DNA from: Spirochaetia bacterium
Lineage (GTDB): Bacteria > Spirochaetota > Spirochaetia > SZUA-6 > Bin103
NCBI GenBank assembly: GCA_965198005.1
Contig: CBDAOI010000002.1
Span: 96,001-160,000 of the forward strand
Length of the DNA: 64,000 bases
Direction of reading: 5' to 3'
The first letter of the stretch is position 1. Each line of letters starts with the position of its first letter. Both the position numbers and the translations under genes were made by a program. The notes under the pieces are model-generated. The model did not search any database and had not been told where the DNA came from. It saw only the letters and a program-made list of their open reading frames with translations. Shown here piece by piece: positions 50,548 to 60,380 of the stretch.

Positions 50548-52621
50548 ATGCAATTCCGCATAGCCGATACCTTTACCGAGAGCCTCGCAAAGCTGAACGG
50601 CGAGGAGCAACGGGCCGCGAAGACGACGGCGTTCGATCTGCGACTCAATCCGGCGCAACCGGGACTGCAGTTCCATCGGGTGGAGCGAGCCAGGGACAAG
50701 AATTTCTGGTCGGTTCGGGTCAACAAGGGCGTGCGCATGATTGTGCACAGGACGGCGGCCAATCTCCTGCTCTGCTATGTCGGGGAGCACGACGATGCGT
50801 ATCGCTGGGCCGAGCGCCGGCTCCTCGAACAGCATCCGCACACCGGAGCGGCGCAACTCGTCGAGATCCGCGAGGTCGTGCGCGAGATCGAGATCCCGCG
50901 CTACGTCGCCGCCGAGCGCGCCGTGTTCGCCGGTGTGCCGGACAGCCAGTTGTTGAACTACGGCGTGCCCGCTGAGTGGCTGGATGACATCAAGCAGGTA
51001 GCTGACGAGGACGCGCTTCTGGCCCTGGCGGATCATCTTCCCGCGGAGGCGGCCGAGGCGCTGCTGGAACTGGCTACCGGCAACTCGCCGGAACGCCCGC
51101 TCCGCGGAGCCACGGACGGGGATCCGTTTGCCCATCCCGATGCGCAACGCCGCTTCCGAGTCATGTCCAACCAGGAGGAGCTGCGCCGGGCGCTCGAGTA
51201 TCCGTGGGAGAAGTGGACGGTCTTTCTGCACCCGGCTCAACGGCAGGTGGTGGAACGGAGCTACCGCGGCCCGGCGCGTGTGTTAGGTTCTGCCGGAACC
51301 GGCAAGACCATCGTGGCGCTGCATCGCGCCGTGCATCTTGCCCGCACCCACTCGGACGCACGCGTGCTGCTGACCACGTTTTCGACGGCGCTTGCGGACG
51401 CGTTGCGCGCACGAGTGGTGCGACTCGTAGCCAATGAGCCGAAGATCGCCGAACGGCTGGAGGTGCACGCGATGGCCGACATCGGGCGGCGGCTCTACCA
51501 GGCGCACTTCGGCCGCCCCGATTTGGCGCCCCCCGACCGGGTGCGCGAGCTGTTGCGCCAGGCCGCCGCCGAGGTCGAAGACCTCCGGTTCAGCTTGCGC
51601 TTCCTGTGGACCGAGTGGAGCCGCGTGGTCGACGCCTGGCAGCTTGCGAGCTGGGAACAGTATCGGGACGTGCCGCGGCTCGGTCGGAGGACTCGCCTGC
51701 GCGAACGGCAGCGGGAGCTCCTCTGGTCGGTCTTCTCCAAGGTGGCCGCCGCTCTGGACGAGCGCGGGCTCCTGACCGAACCGCGCCTGTTCGGTCGCCT
51801 GGAGCGCCAGCTCGCGAAGATGGCGCGCCCGCCATTCGAGTTCTGCGTGGTGGACGAGGCGCAGGACATCGGCGTGGCCGAGTTGCGCTTTCTGGCCGCC
51901 CTCGGCGCCGGACGCCCTGTTCTTCGCCGGTGACCTCGGTCAAAGGATCTTCCGGACGCCGTTCTCCTGGCGCGCCTTGGGGGTCGACATCCGCTGCCGC
52001 TCGCACACCTTGCGGGTCAACTACCGCACCTCCCATCAGATCCGGCGGCAGGCGGACCGGCTGCTGCCGCCGGAGACCTCGGACGTGGACGGCAACACCG
52101 ACCGGCGAACCGGCACCGTCTCCGTATTCAATGGCGCGGAACCGGTGATTCAGGTCCTCCCCTCGCATGACACGGAGACTGCAGCAATCGCGGAGTGGCT
52201 GAAGTCCCGCGGGCAGGAAGAGTATGCACCGCACGAGATGGGCGTGTTCGTCCGATCGAAGGCCGAACTGGACAGAGCCATCGCGGCGGTTGAAGGGTCA
52301 GGCTATTCGGCCGTCGATCTGGCGCAGCACGCGGGCGGCGTCACGGGCAACGTCGCAGTCGGCACGATGCACCTCGCCAAGGGTCTGGAGTTTCGCGCCG
52401 TGGTCGTCGCCGCCTGCGATGACGAGGCGCTGCCGTCGCAAGCAAGAATCGAGAGAGTCGGCGATCAAGCCGAACTCCACGAGGTCTACACCACCGAGCG
52501 CCACCTGCTCTACGTCGCGTGCACCCGTGCTCGCGATCATCTCCTGGTGACCGGCGTCGAACCAGCCTCCGAGTTCCTCGACGACCTGCTCGCCCAGCAT
52601 CGACACCCGCCGCACCGGTAG
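50548..52621 (+). pseudogene. RelE/ParE-like + UvrD-family helicase, single frameshift near 51911
   Basis: N-terminal FWSVRV...HDDAY; GSAGTGKT, DEAQD, NYRTS, KGLEF, YVACTRAR; 8 bp shorter than the paralog at 58071-58095. Confidence 0.85.
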
Positions 52622-52699
52622 CGCTATACACGGCTACCGCGGACGCGCTCTTCGCGGCCGCTTCTCCTTTCCGTAGCGGATCGCCGCGGTGCAGAACAG

Positions 52700-53010
52700 C
52701 GACCTCACTGGCGTGCCGGACGGTAGATGAATCAGGTCGGCGATCAAGCCGTAGCGGAACAGTGCCACTGCGCGGTGCAGTTTCTCTTCGGCGTCATTCA
52801 TGGTGGGTTTCTCCTCGGTGTGCGGGTCATGCGACCCGGTGTTGTGGGCCAGCTACGGAGCGGTCGCCGGAGGATCAGACCCCAGGTTGTGTTGGACGCG
52901 CTTGGTGGGATTGTCACCGGCGCTGCCGTGGGGGCGAAAACCGAGCGGAGCGGCCAGGTTTGGTAGCCACGGCTCGGACAGCGAGCGCAACGACAGCAAC
53001 ACTGCATCGG
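52700..53010 (-). mobile_element. Remnant of a DDE-integrase-type IS (accessory gene tail and transposase start)
   Basis: GAGGAG RBS and ATG 52801: MNDAEEKLHRAVALFRYGLIADLIHLP; upstream ORF ends LAAPLGF...DPP. Confidence 0.55.
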
Positions 53011-53401
53011 TGACGGGGCGCTGACGGCAGGAAATGATCTCTGCGTGGCAGCCATGCTGGCGATGGCCTTCGGGCGCATCCGGGCCGGCCAGCCGGAACA
53101 CCTGTGGAGTCTGGTCAAACCCGCCTGAGCCGCGACCGCTCGCCGGTCACCACCAGAAACCCAATCCCACCGGCTACGCAGAGAGACCGGCTTTCCTGAG
53201 CTTCCGTCGAGCCACGGATGAGCCTTGATTCAAGATCGCCGACCTCCTCCAGTCACACTCGATATGGCAGCTGCTCCGCGCCCGGCGTACGCAAGCGAAG
53301 CCGTCCACGACCTGACCGCACACTGTCCTGCCTCGACCCGTCGTTCAAATCGCCCCAAACCCCGATAGAGCGCAATTGCCTCAAGTTCAGACTTCCTGAC
53401 C

Positions 53402-55325
53402 TCAGCCGGAATCAGATGACACGTCGAGCGGCGAATCTCCAGCTAACGCCAACTCGTAGACGAGCCTGAGTTCGGTGCCGGGATAGATCGTGCGGCTGGC
53501 GTTGAGTTCCGCAACCAGGGGAGCGAGCATGCGGTCGCAAGAGTCGCTGCCGAGGCCCAGAAGCTGTATTCGGAGAATTCCCTCGGCAGGCTCCGGGATG
53601 ATGTTGGCGTCGGAGGTCAGCAACGAGCGCAGCAGCCTGCGGGCATTCGGTTTCTTGCCCTGGGTGGTGATGACAGGCGCCATCATCCGGGTCTCGGCGC
53701 GATAGGCGATCATGCGCACCACGTCCAGAAACAGCCGCCCACCCACCGGCAGGGCGTCCAGTTTGTCCTGCTCCGGCAGGTCGCCGGCGCGCACATGGGT
53801 AGGCGTGTCGGCGCGCTCCTGCTTGAGTTCGTCGAGTTCAGCGGCAACGGCGTTGGCGTCAGCCTCAAGGCGGGTGGCGGTGTCCCGGTGGTGTTCCTGC
53901 AGTGCCACGGCGAGGCGATTGCGGGCCGCTGACAAGCGGCTGCGTACCTGCCTGATGGTCTTTTCGAGGACGCGGCGCACGGGGTTCACGACTTGCGCGT
54001 CGGGGTCAAACGGAGCCAGGTCATGGGTGGGCAGGGAGTCGAGGTTGAACTGCTCGCGCAGGTACTTGAAGAAGTTCTCCTGCGACCAGCGCGAGAACAT
54101 GGAGCCGGCAACCTGTTGCACGGGCATCTGCGGATGGGTGGTGATCACTGGCACTTGGCGACCGGTGGCGAGCCGGCGCCGGATCTGGCGGACGGTGAGC
54201 CCGTTGCGCAGTACCATCGGTTGCTCGGCGAGGTCAACGGTGGTGGCACTGGTTCCAGCGGGCCCATGGATCAGTACCTCAAGCGTGTGGAAGTCCTCCT
54301 CCGGCCAGTCCTCGCCCGTGAAGTTCTTGTGCCAGGTGATGCAGGCGATGCCGCGCCGGGCCAGCCGCTTGAACAGCTCCGGGCTCCAGCCCTTGCGGTC
54401 GAACACCAGGGTGAGCGCCGGCGCACCGGCCTGTGGTCTGGTCAGGTCGGGGGCCGCTTCCGGTACCACCCCCAGTTGCTGCAACTGCGGCACCACGTCC
54501 TGCTCGATGGCCTTGATCAGCTTCGGGTGGAGCGCCTTGTGCAGACACAGCAGGGGGGCGCCACCCAAGGCGTTGATCCAGTAGCTCACGGACGCCGGCA
54601 AACACAGCTTCTGGCGCGCGACGAAGTGGTGTGCTCGGCGCTGGTGAGCAGCTTGAGCTTGCGGCGGAAGGTCTTGGTCTCGGGGCCGCGGTCGAGGCCG
54701 AGGATCGCACCCCACTCGCCAGGCGCCTGGTAGCGGAGGCTCTCGGGGGTGCGTACTCGGGCCAGGGTCATGCAGGCGACGAACAGCAGGATGGTGGTCA
54801 GGCCATAGAATCCGGCGGGCAGGCGGAACAGGCGGTTGGCGGCGCCGAGCAGGCCCTCGCGGAGCAGCATCGCAGTGCCGCGAGGACGCCGCCGTAGGCG
54901 ACGGCGTTGGCTGGCTCGGCGAACACCGGCGTGGCCTCGGTCAGCAAGCCGGCGCTGGCGAGCGTGCGGCCCTCGACGTCGCGCGCCGCGCGGCCCATGG
55001 GCGCGTGCTTGTCGCGGGCGTCGCGGGTGGCGCGATCGGTGGCCGCCGCCGAGTCGGTCTGCGGAGCGCCGGCGTTGGCGGGGTGATCGGTGGCCGCCGC
55101 CTGCGGAGTGTCTGCGGCGGCGGCGAGCGCCCCGGCGGGGGCGGCGATGACGCCGGCGCGACGGTTCTCGTTGAACGTGCTCGCCGGGATGCCGAGTTGC
55201 CGTGCGCAGGCGCTGCCGCTCATCCCGGAGGCGAGCAGGTTGGTCGCCTTGTCCGCCAGCTCGGCGTCGACGACGGTGCGCCCGCGCCTCCGTAGCGGCT
55301 CGTAAAACGGATCTTTTTTGCCAAG
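53402..55325 (-). mobile_element. Frameshifted large transposase (ISNCY-like)
   Basis: Three frames: HTH ARQLGIPAST; GEWGAILGLDR.PE.KT.RRK; YWINA...LVFDRKG...RWSQENFFKY...IAYRAET...YPGT.L.L.Y. Confidence 0.78.
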
Positions 55326-55499
55326 CACAGCGTTGCGCGGGTCACCTAAACGACATGCAGACTTACATGGATATAGAGCGACCGGGCTGGCACATCGACG
55401 CCCTCGACAACGGGTTCCGCAACCTGCAACCGCGGGGGCCGATGCTGCAGTTGAAAATCGGCGACTTTCTGTCCGACATGACGCAACCCGAATAGGATG

Positions 55500-55718
55500 C
55501 TCACCGTCAACAGCCACCTCGGCGACAAGGTGCATCACGGTCGAGGGATTAAAGAGCATCGAGCGAGTAGAGGAATTGCCGCTGAATCCAATCAAACACT
55601 CTGATTGGGCCAAACGGCGCGGGTAACACCAACCTCACCTTCAGGAGAATAGGCCCGGACCTTCTCCCGTGATCATTCTGGAAGAGCCCGAGTTGGGCTT
55701 GCATCCATACGCCATCAC
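55500..55718 (+). pseudogene. Skeleton of mod 3' end and AAA ATPase (four joined pieces)
   Basis: Pieces match about 47420-47457, 48717-48820, 49163-49185 and 49520-49580. Confidence 0.78.
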
Positions 55719-55789
55719 TTGCGCCTGCTCTGCTACTGCTCTGCTCGCCTTTCCTTGACAACCCGCCCATTCTCATTACTCTGCCGCCC

Positions 55790-57103
55790 GTGATAGACGA
55801 AGGCCCCCGCCGCCCGGCGACCACCTTGGAGTTCTTCACTTCCGGCGTCGCGCAACGGGACCCGATGATCGCCGAAGCGCTGGCCAGCGAAGGGCGGCGC
55901 CAGCAGCAGCAGATCGAGCTCATCGCTTCCGAGAACATCGTCAGCCGCGCCGTCCTCGAGGCGCTCGGCCATGAAGTGGTGAACAAGACGCTCGAAGGAT
56001 ACCCAGGCGCCCGCTACCACGCCGGCGGGCGCTTCGTGGACGTGATCGAGCAGGCCGCCGTGGACCGCGCGTGCGAGCTGTTCGGGTGCGCCTACGCGAA
56101 CGTACAGCCGCACTCCGGCAGCCAAGCCAACCTCGCCGTGTTCTTCGCGTTGGTGCGGCCTGGCGACCGCGTGCTGAGCCTGGACTTGGCCGCGGGCGGT
56201 CACTTGAGCCACGGGCTCCGCGCGAACCTGTCAGGCCGCTGGTTCGAGGCCCACCACTACGGGGTCTCCCGCGAGACTGGAATGATCGACTACGGCGAGG
56301 CGGAGGCGAGGATTTTGGAAGTGCGGCCGCGACTGCTGATCGCTGGCGGGTCCTCCTACCCGCGAACCCTGGACTTCGAGAGGCTGGCCGACGCTGCCCG
56401 GACGGTCGGTGCGTACTTCGTAGTGGATATGGCGCATATCGCCGGCCTCGTGGCTGGCGGCGCCCACCCGTCGCCGATACCGCACGCCGATATTGTCACC
56501 TGCACCACCACAAAGACCCTGCGCGGGCCGCGCGGCGGAATGATCCTCGCGCGGGATGAGAGCTGGAGAAGGAAATTGCAATCCGCCGTCTTTCCGGGCG
56601 TCCAGGGCAGCATCCACACTCAGGTCATAGCCGCGAAGGCGGTCTGCCTGGGCGAGGCGCTGCAACCGGAGTTCAGAGTCTACGCCCACCAAGTCAAGAA
56701 GAACGCCGCGCGCTTGGCCGCGGTCCTGGCCGATGGCGGACTGGCGGTCGTTACCGGCGGCACGGACACCCACATCGTCCTGCTGGACCTATCCGACATC
56801 GGAATGACCGGTCAGGCTGCCGAGCGCGTTCTCGAGCGGTACGGCATCACGACCAACAAGAATCCGATCCCGTTCGACGTCAGCAATCCGGCCGAGTGGA
56901 GCGGGCTGCGGATAGGAGTCGCGGCCGCCACCACGCGCGGGTTCCGGGAGGCGGAAATGGAACAGCTCGGACAGGTGATTTCCTCCCTGCTGACGGCACC
57001 CGGTGCCGGCGACGAGGCGCAACGGATCGTGGCGAGGCTCTGCCGATCGTTCCCGCTCGGCATGCGGACGCATGACGGTGTTGCTCTTCTTCGGCCTGGG
57101 TGA
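55790..57103 (+). CDS. SHMT-family enzyme, alpha-methylserine hydroxymethyltransferase-like
   Basis: IELIASEN, NVQPHSG, GGHLSHG, DMAHIAG; non-canonical NKTLEGYP.RYH and TCTTTKTLRGPRGG; TTGACA at 55755. Confidence 0.85.
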   Translation: MIDEGPRRPATTLEFFTSGVAQRDPMIAEALASEGRRQQQQIELIASENIVSRAVLEALGHEVVNKTLEGYPGARYHAGGRFVDVIEQAAVDRACELFGCAYANVQPHSGSQANLAVFFALVRPGDRVLSLDLAAGGHLSHGLRANLSGRWFEAHHYGVSRETGMIDYGEAEARILEVRPRLLIAGGSSYPRTLDFERLADAARTVGAYFVVDMAHIAGLVAGGAHPSPIPHADIVTCTTTKTLRGPRGGMILARDESWRRKLQSAVFPGVQGSIHTQVIAAKAVCLGEALQPEFRVYAHQVKKNAARLAAVLADGGLAVVTGGTDTHIVLLDLSDIGMTGQAAERVLERYGITTNKNPIPFDVSNPAEWSGLRIGVAAATTRGFREAEMEQLGQVISSLLTAPGAGDEAQRIVARLCRSFPLGMRTHDGVALLRPG

Positions 57104-57873
57104 TCCTTGGTAGTATTGGCGACAACATGAGCGGGCCGAACGAAACTGTTTCCATGACGGTGGTGAACTGGAATGTCGAGTGGGCCACCCCCGGATCCTG
57201 GAGTCGTCGCGACGAGATCCTGAGCCGTATCGACCGGGAAGCTCCGGACATTGTGTGTCTCACGGAGTCGGACATCAGGCTGTTGGCCGGCATGCCGGGC
57301 CACACGATCCACTCTCAGCCGGACGGCGTAAAGGGGATCGACAACCTACGGATGGTGCTCCTTTGGTCGAGAGAGCCATGGGAGCAGGTCGATGACTTCG
57401 GAGTAGACTCGATGCCTCCAGGCAGCTTCGTGTCCGGCGTCACCCGTACGCCCTTGGGCGACGTGATGGTCCTGGGCGTTTGCATACCGTACCAGCATTC
57501 GCGGACGAAGTGGACGGACGACGGCGTCACGCGCAAATCCTGGGAGGATCACCGACAGTATCTGGCAGACCTCCCGAAGGTGTTCGAACGGGCCTCATCG
57601 AAGCGATTGATCGTCCTGGGGGACTTCAACCAGCAGGTTGGGCAGAGCGGTTATGCACCGCCGGAGATTCGGGATGCCCTGCGGGACGCCATCCCGCCAG
57701 GTATCACGATTGCCACCGCCGCGCTCGGTTTCGGCGGCCGAAGGGTGATCGACCACGTTGCGCTGAGCGAGGATCTGTCAGCGCGGTCTCTGCGGCTGAT
57801 CAGCCGATTCCACCAGGAGAGGAAACTGTCAGACCACCCAGGGGTGGTTGCCGATCTGTCATCGCTGGTGTAG
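57100..57873 (+). CDS. Endonuclease/exonuclease/phosphatase (EEP) family protein (start may be 57128)
   Basis: VNWNV, DIVCLTE, LGDFN, IDHV, LSDH. Confidence 0.88.
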   Translation: MILGSIGDNMSGPNETVSMTVVNWNVEWATPGSWSRRDEILSRIDREAPDIVCLTESDIRLLAGMPGHTIHSQPDGVKGIDNLRMVLLWSREPWEQVDDFGVDSMPPGSFVSGVTRTPLGDVMVLGVCIPYQHSRTKWTDDGVTRKSWEDHRQYLADLPKVFERASSKRLIVLGDFNQQVGQSGYAPPEIRDALRDAIPPGITIATAALGFGGRRVIDHVALSEDLSARSLRLISRFHQERKLSDHPGVVADLSSLV

Positions 57874-57891
57874 CCGACCGATTCCAGTCGG

Positions 57892-58773
57892 TCTGGTCGG
57901 TCTTCTCCAAGGTGGCCGCCGCTGTGGACGAGCACCGGCTCCTGACCGAACCGCGCCTGTTCGGTCGCGTCAAGCGCCGGCTCGCGCAGATGGAGCGCCC
58001 GCCGTTCGAGTTCTGCGTGGTGGACGAGGCGCAGGACATCGGCGTGGCCGAGTTGCGCTTTCTGGCCGCCCTCGGGGCCGGCCGCCCGGACGCCCTGTTC
58101 TTCGCCGGTTACCTTGGTCAAAGGATCTTCCAGACGCCGTTCTCCTGGCGCGCCTTGGGGGTCGACATCCGCGGGCACCTTGCGGGTCAACTACCGCACC
58201 TCCCATCAGATCCGGCGGCAGGCGGACCGGCTGCTGCCACCCGAGACCTCGGACGTGGACGGCAACACCGACCGGCGAACCGGCACCGTCTCCGTATTCA
58301 ATGGCGCCGAGTCAGTGATTCATATCCTCCCCTCGCATGACGCGGAGACTGCAGCAATCGCGGAGTGGCTGAAATCCCGCGGGCAGGAAGGGTATGCACC
58401 GCACGAGATGGGCGTGTTCGTCCGATCGAAGGCCGAACTGGACAGAGCCATCGCAGCGGTTGGAATGGCCGGGTATGCGGCGGTCGATCTGGCGCAGCAC
58501 GCGGGCGGCGTCTCGGGCAACGTCGCCGTCGGTACGATGCACCTCGCGAAGGGCCTCGAGTTTCGCGCCGTGGTCGTCGCCGCCTGCGATGCCGAGGCGC
58601 TGCCGTCGCAGGCAAGAATCGAGCGAGTCGGCGATCAAGCCGAACTCGACGAGGTCTACACCACCGAGCGCCACCTGCTCTACGTCGCGTGCACCCATGC
58701 CCGCGATCATCTCCTGGTGACTGGCGTCGAACCGGCCTCCGAGTTCCTCGACGACCTGTTCAGCGAGCACTGA
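57892..58773 (+). pseudogene. 3' part of a second UvrD-like helicase copy, frameshifted near 58175
   Basis: Near-identical to 51722..52590. Confidence 0.88.
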
Positions 58774-59281
58774 CAACTGGACTACCAGCCTGAACAACAG
58801 CGAGAATCCGGCAGCGGCATACACCGCTGCCGCGGACGCGCTCTCCGCCAACACCGCGTAATTCAGGCCACCCGCTCCGAGGAGTGACCCGCCTACGCAG
58901 TCCTTGTCGGTGTCGACGCACCGCAATATGATAAACACTGTGTCGGCAACAAGTGAGACCTCGCGTCCGTCGACGAGACCAAACGTATTGTGTCCATCGC
59001 ACAGCCGTTTCGACACCTATTGATGGTACGACGCCGATATCGCGCGGGCTCCCCTCAGGGGTGGTACCACGGCTCCGGCGCCTCAAATAGAAAACGACCA
59101 CATGCGCGAGTGCAGCGTCAGACGCTCTTCCTTACCATCGTGATTCCCACCGGTTCGGAACGCATTCCAAAGTGTTGCTGATGACCCGACCACGCATCCT
59201 GGCTATCTTCAGGTTGCTGTCTTCCAGGCACCCACTGATGCAAATCAGTCCTTCGAAGATCGAAGCTATTGGTGGCCGCCC

Positions 59282-60280
59282 ATGTCTGTATCAAACCAAC
59301 GCACAACAGAGGTTCCAAGATTGATATCCGTCAACAAGCAACAGTGCCAGATCTGGCCGAACAGCGACGCAATCTATTCCGATCCTGAGCAAGGAATCAT
59401 ACGGCTTGTGTCACCCCGAGCGGGTGGCACATATCGGCTTCGCGAACAGCCGTGGCTTGAGATGCCCAAGCTCAGCAATCCTGAACGAGCACGGTTAACA
59501 ACATTGCTTGTAGACCAGAGAACCCACGGCGATGAGGAGCCGTCAGTCACGATCGCTTTGATCGATACGGCCCGCAACAGGCGTCCTCGTACCATACCGG
59601 AGAGGGCGGAACGGCTTCTCAGATACATAGCCGAGTGCTTGGTGTCAGTCGGGGACTCTGTCAATCTGAATTGGGAGCCCGCCTCGACCTCAGGAATAGA
59701 CGAGGGGGCGATGGCGTGGTCGGAGTCCCTATCGTTGGAAGAGATCCAGTATTTTCTAAATTATCTCCTACAACAGAACTGGATATCTAGTGTTGGTCAG
59801 AACCGCTATAACGTCACCGTGGATGGTTATAGCTACATTACGGAACTCAAAGCAAATTATAGTTCGGCGCAAGCGTTTGTAGCGATGTGGTTCAATGGTG
59901 AAATGCGCGAAATCTACGACAACGGTTTCAAACCTGCAATTGAACGAGCCGGATATATTCCCATGAGAATAGACACGAAGGACGATGTCGTCAAGATTGA
60001 TGACGCGATAATCGCAGAAATCAGGCGTTCGCGATTCTTGGTAGCAGATTCTACGCACGGAAAAGAAGGTGCACGCGGAGGCGTTTACTATGAGGCTGGA
60101 TTCGCATTCGGCCTCGGACTTCCCGTCATCTATACATGCCGAGAAGACATGGTGGATAAGATTCACTTCGACACACGCCAGTATCACCATACGGTGTGGA
60201 AGACCGCTGAGGGCCTGCGAGAGAGCCTGAAGAATCGGATCGTCGCGCTCATCGGAGAGGGTCCAAACAGGACTAGCTGA
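59282..60280 (+). CDS. wHTH + nucleoside 2-deoxyribosyltransferase (NDT)/TIR-like domain protein
   Basis: AFVAMWF, RID, IAEIRRSRFLVAD.T, GVYYEAGFA.GLG.PVI, HFD; visibly AT-richer than its flanks. Confidence 0.78.
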   Translation: MSVSNQRTTEVPRLISVNKQQCQIWPNSDAIYSDPEQGIIRLVSPRAGGTYRLREQPWLEMPKLSNPERARLTTLLVDQRTHGDEEPSVTIALIDTARNRRPRTIPERAERLLRYIAECLVSVGDSVNLNWEPASTSGIDEGAMAWSESLSLEEIQYFLNYLLQQNWISSVGQNRYNVTVDGYSYITELKANYSSAQAFVAMWFNGEMREIYDNGFKPAIERAGYIPMRIDTKDDVVKIDDAIIAEIRRSRFLVADSTHGKEGARGGVYYEAGFAFGLGLPVIYTCREDMVDKIHFDTRQYHHTVWKTAEGLRESLKNRIVALIGEGPNRTS

Positions 60281-60380
60281 GCGTCCATTTTGGGACGACG
60301 GTCCAGTGCAATCTTGCAGGGGAGGTCACGTGGAAACACTCATAGAGAGGGATGCACGTCGGACATCACGAGATCCTCCT

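Noticed and set aside
52633-52645. 13-mer GCTACCGCGGACG also at 25741 and 38730
   Set aside because: Two occurrences belong to the duplication; a third in GC-rich DNA is too weak to call a site.
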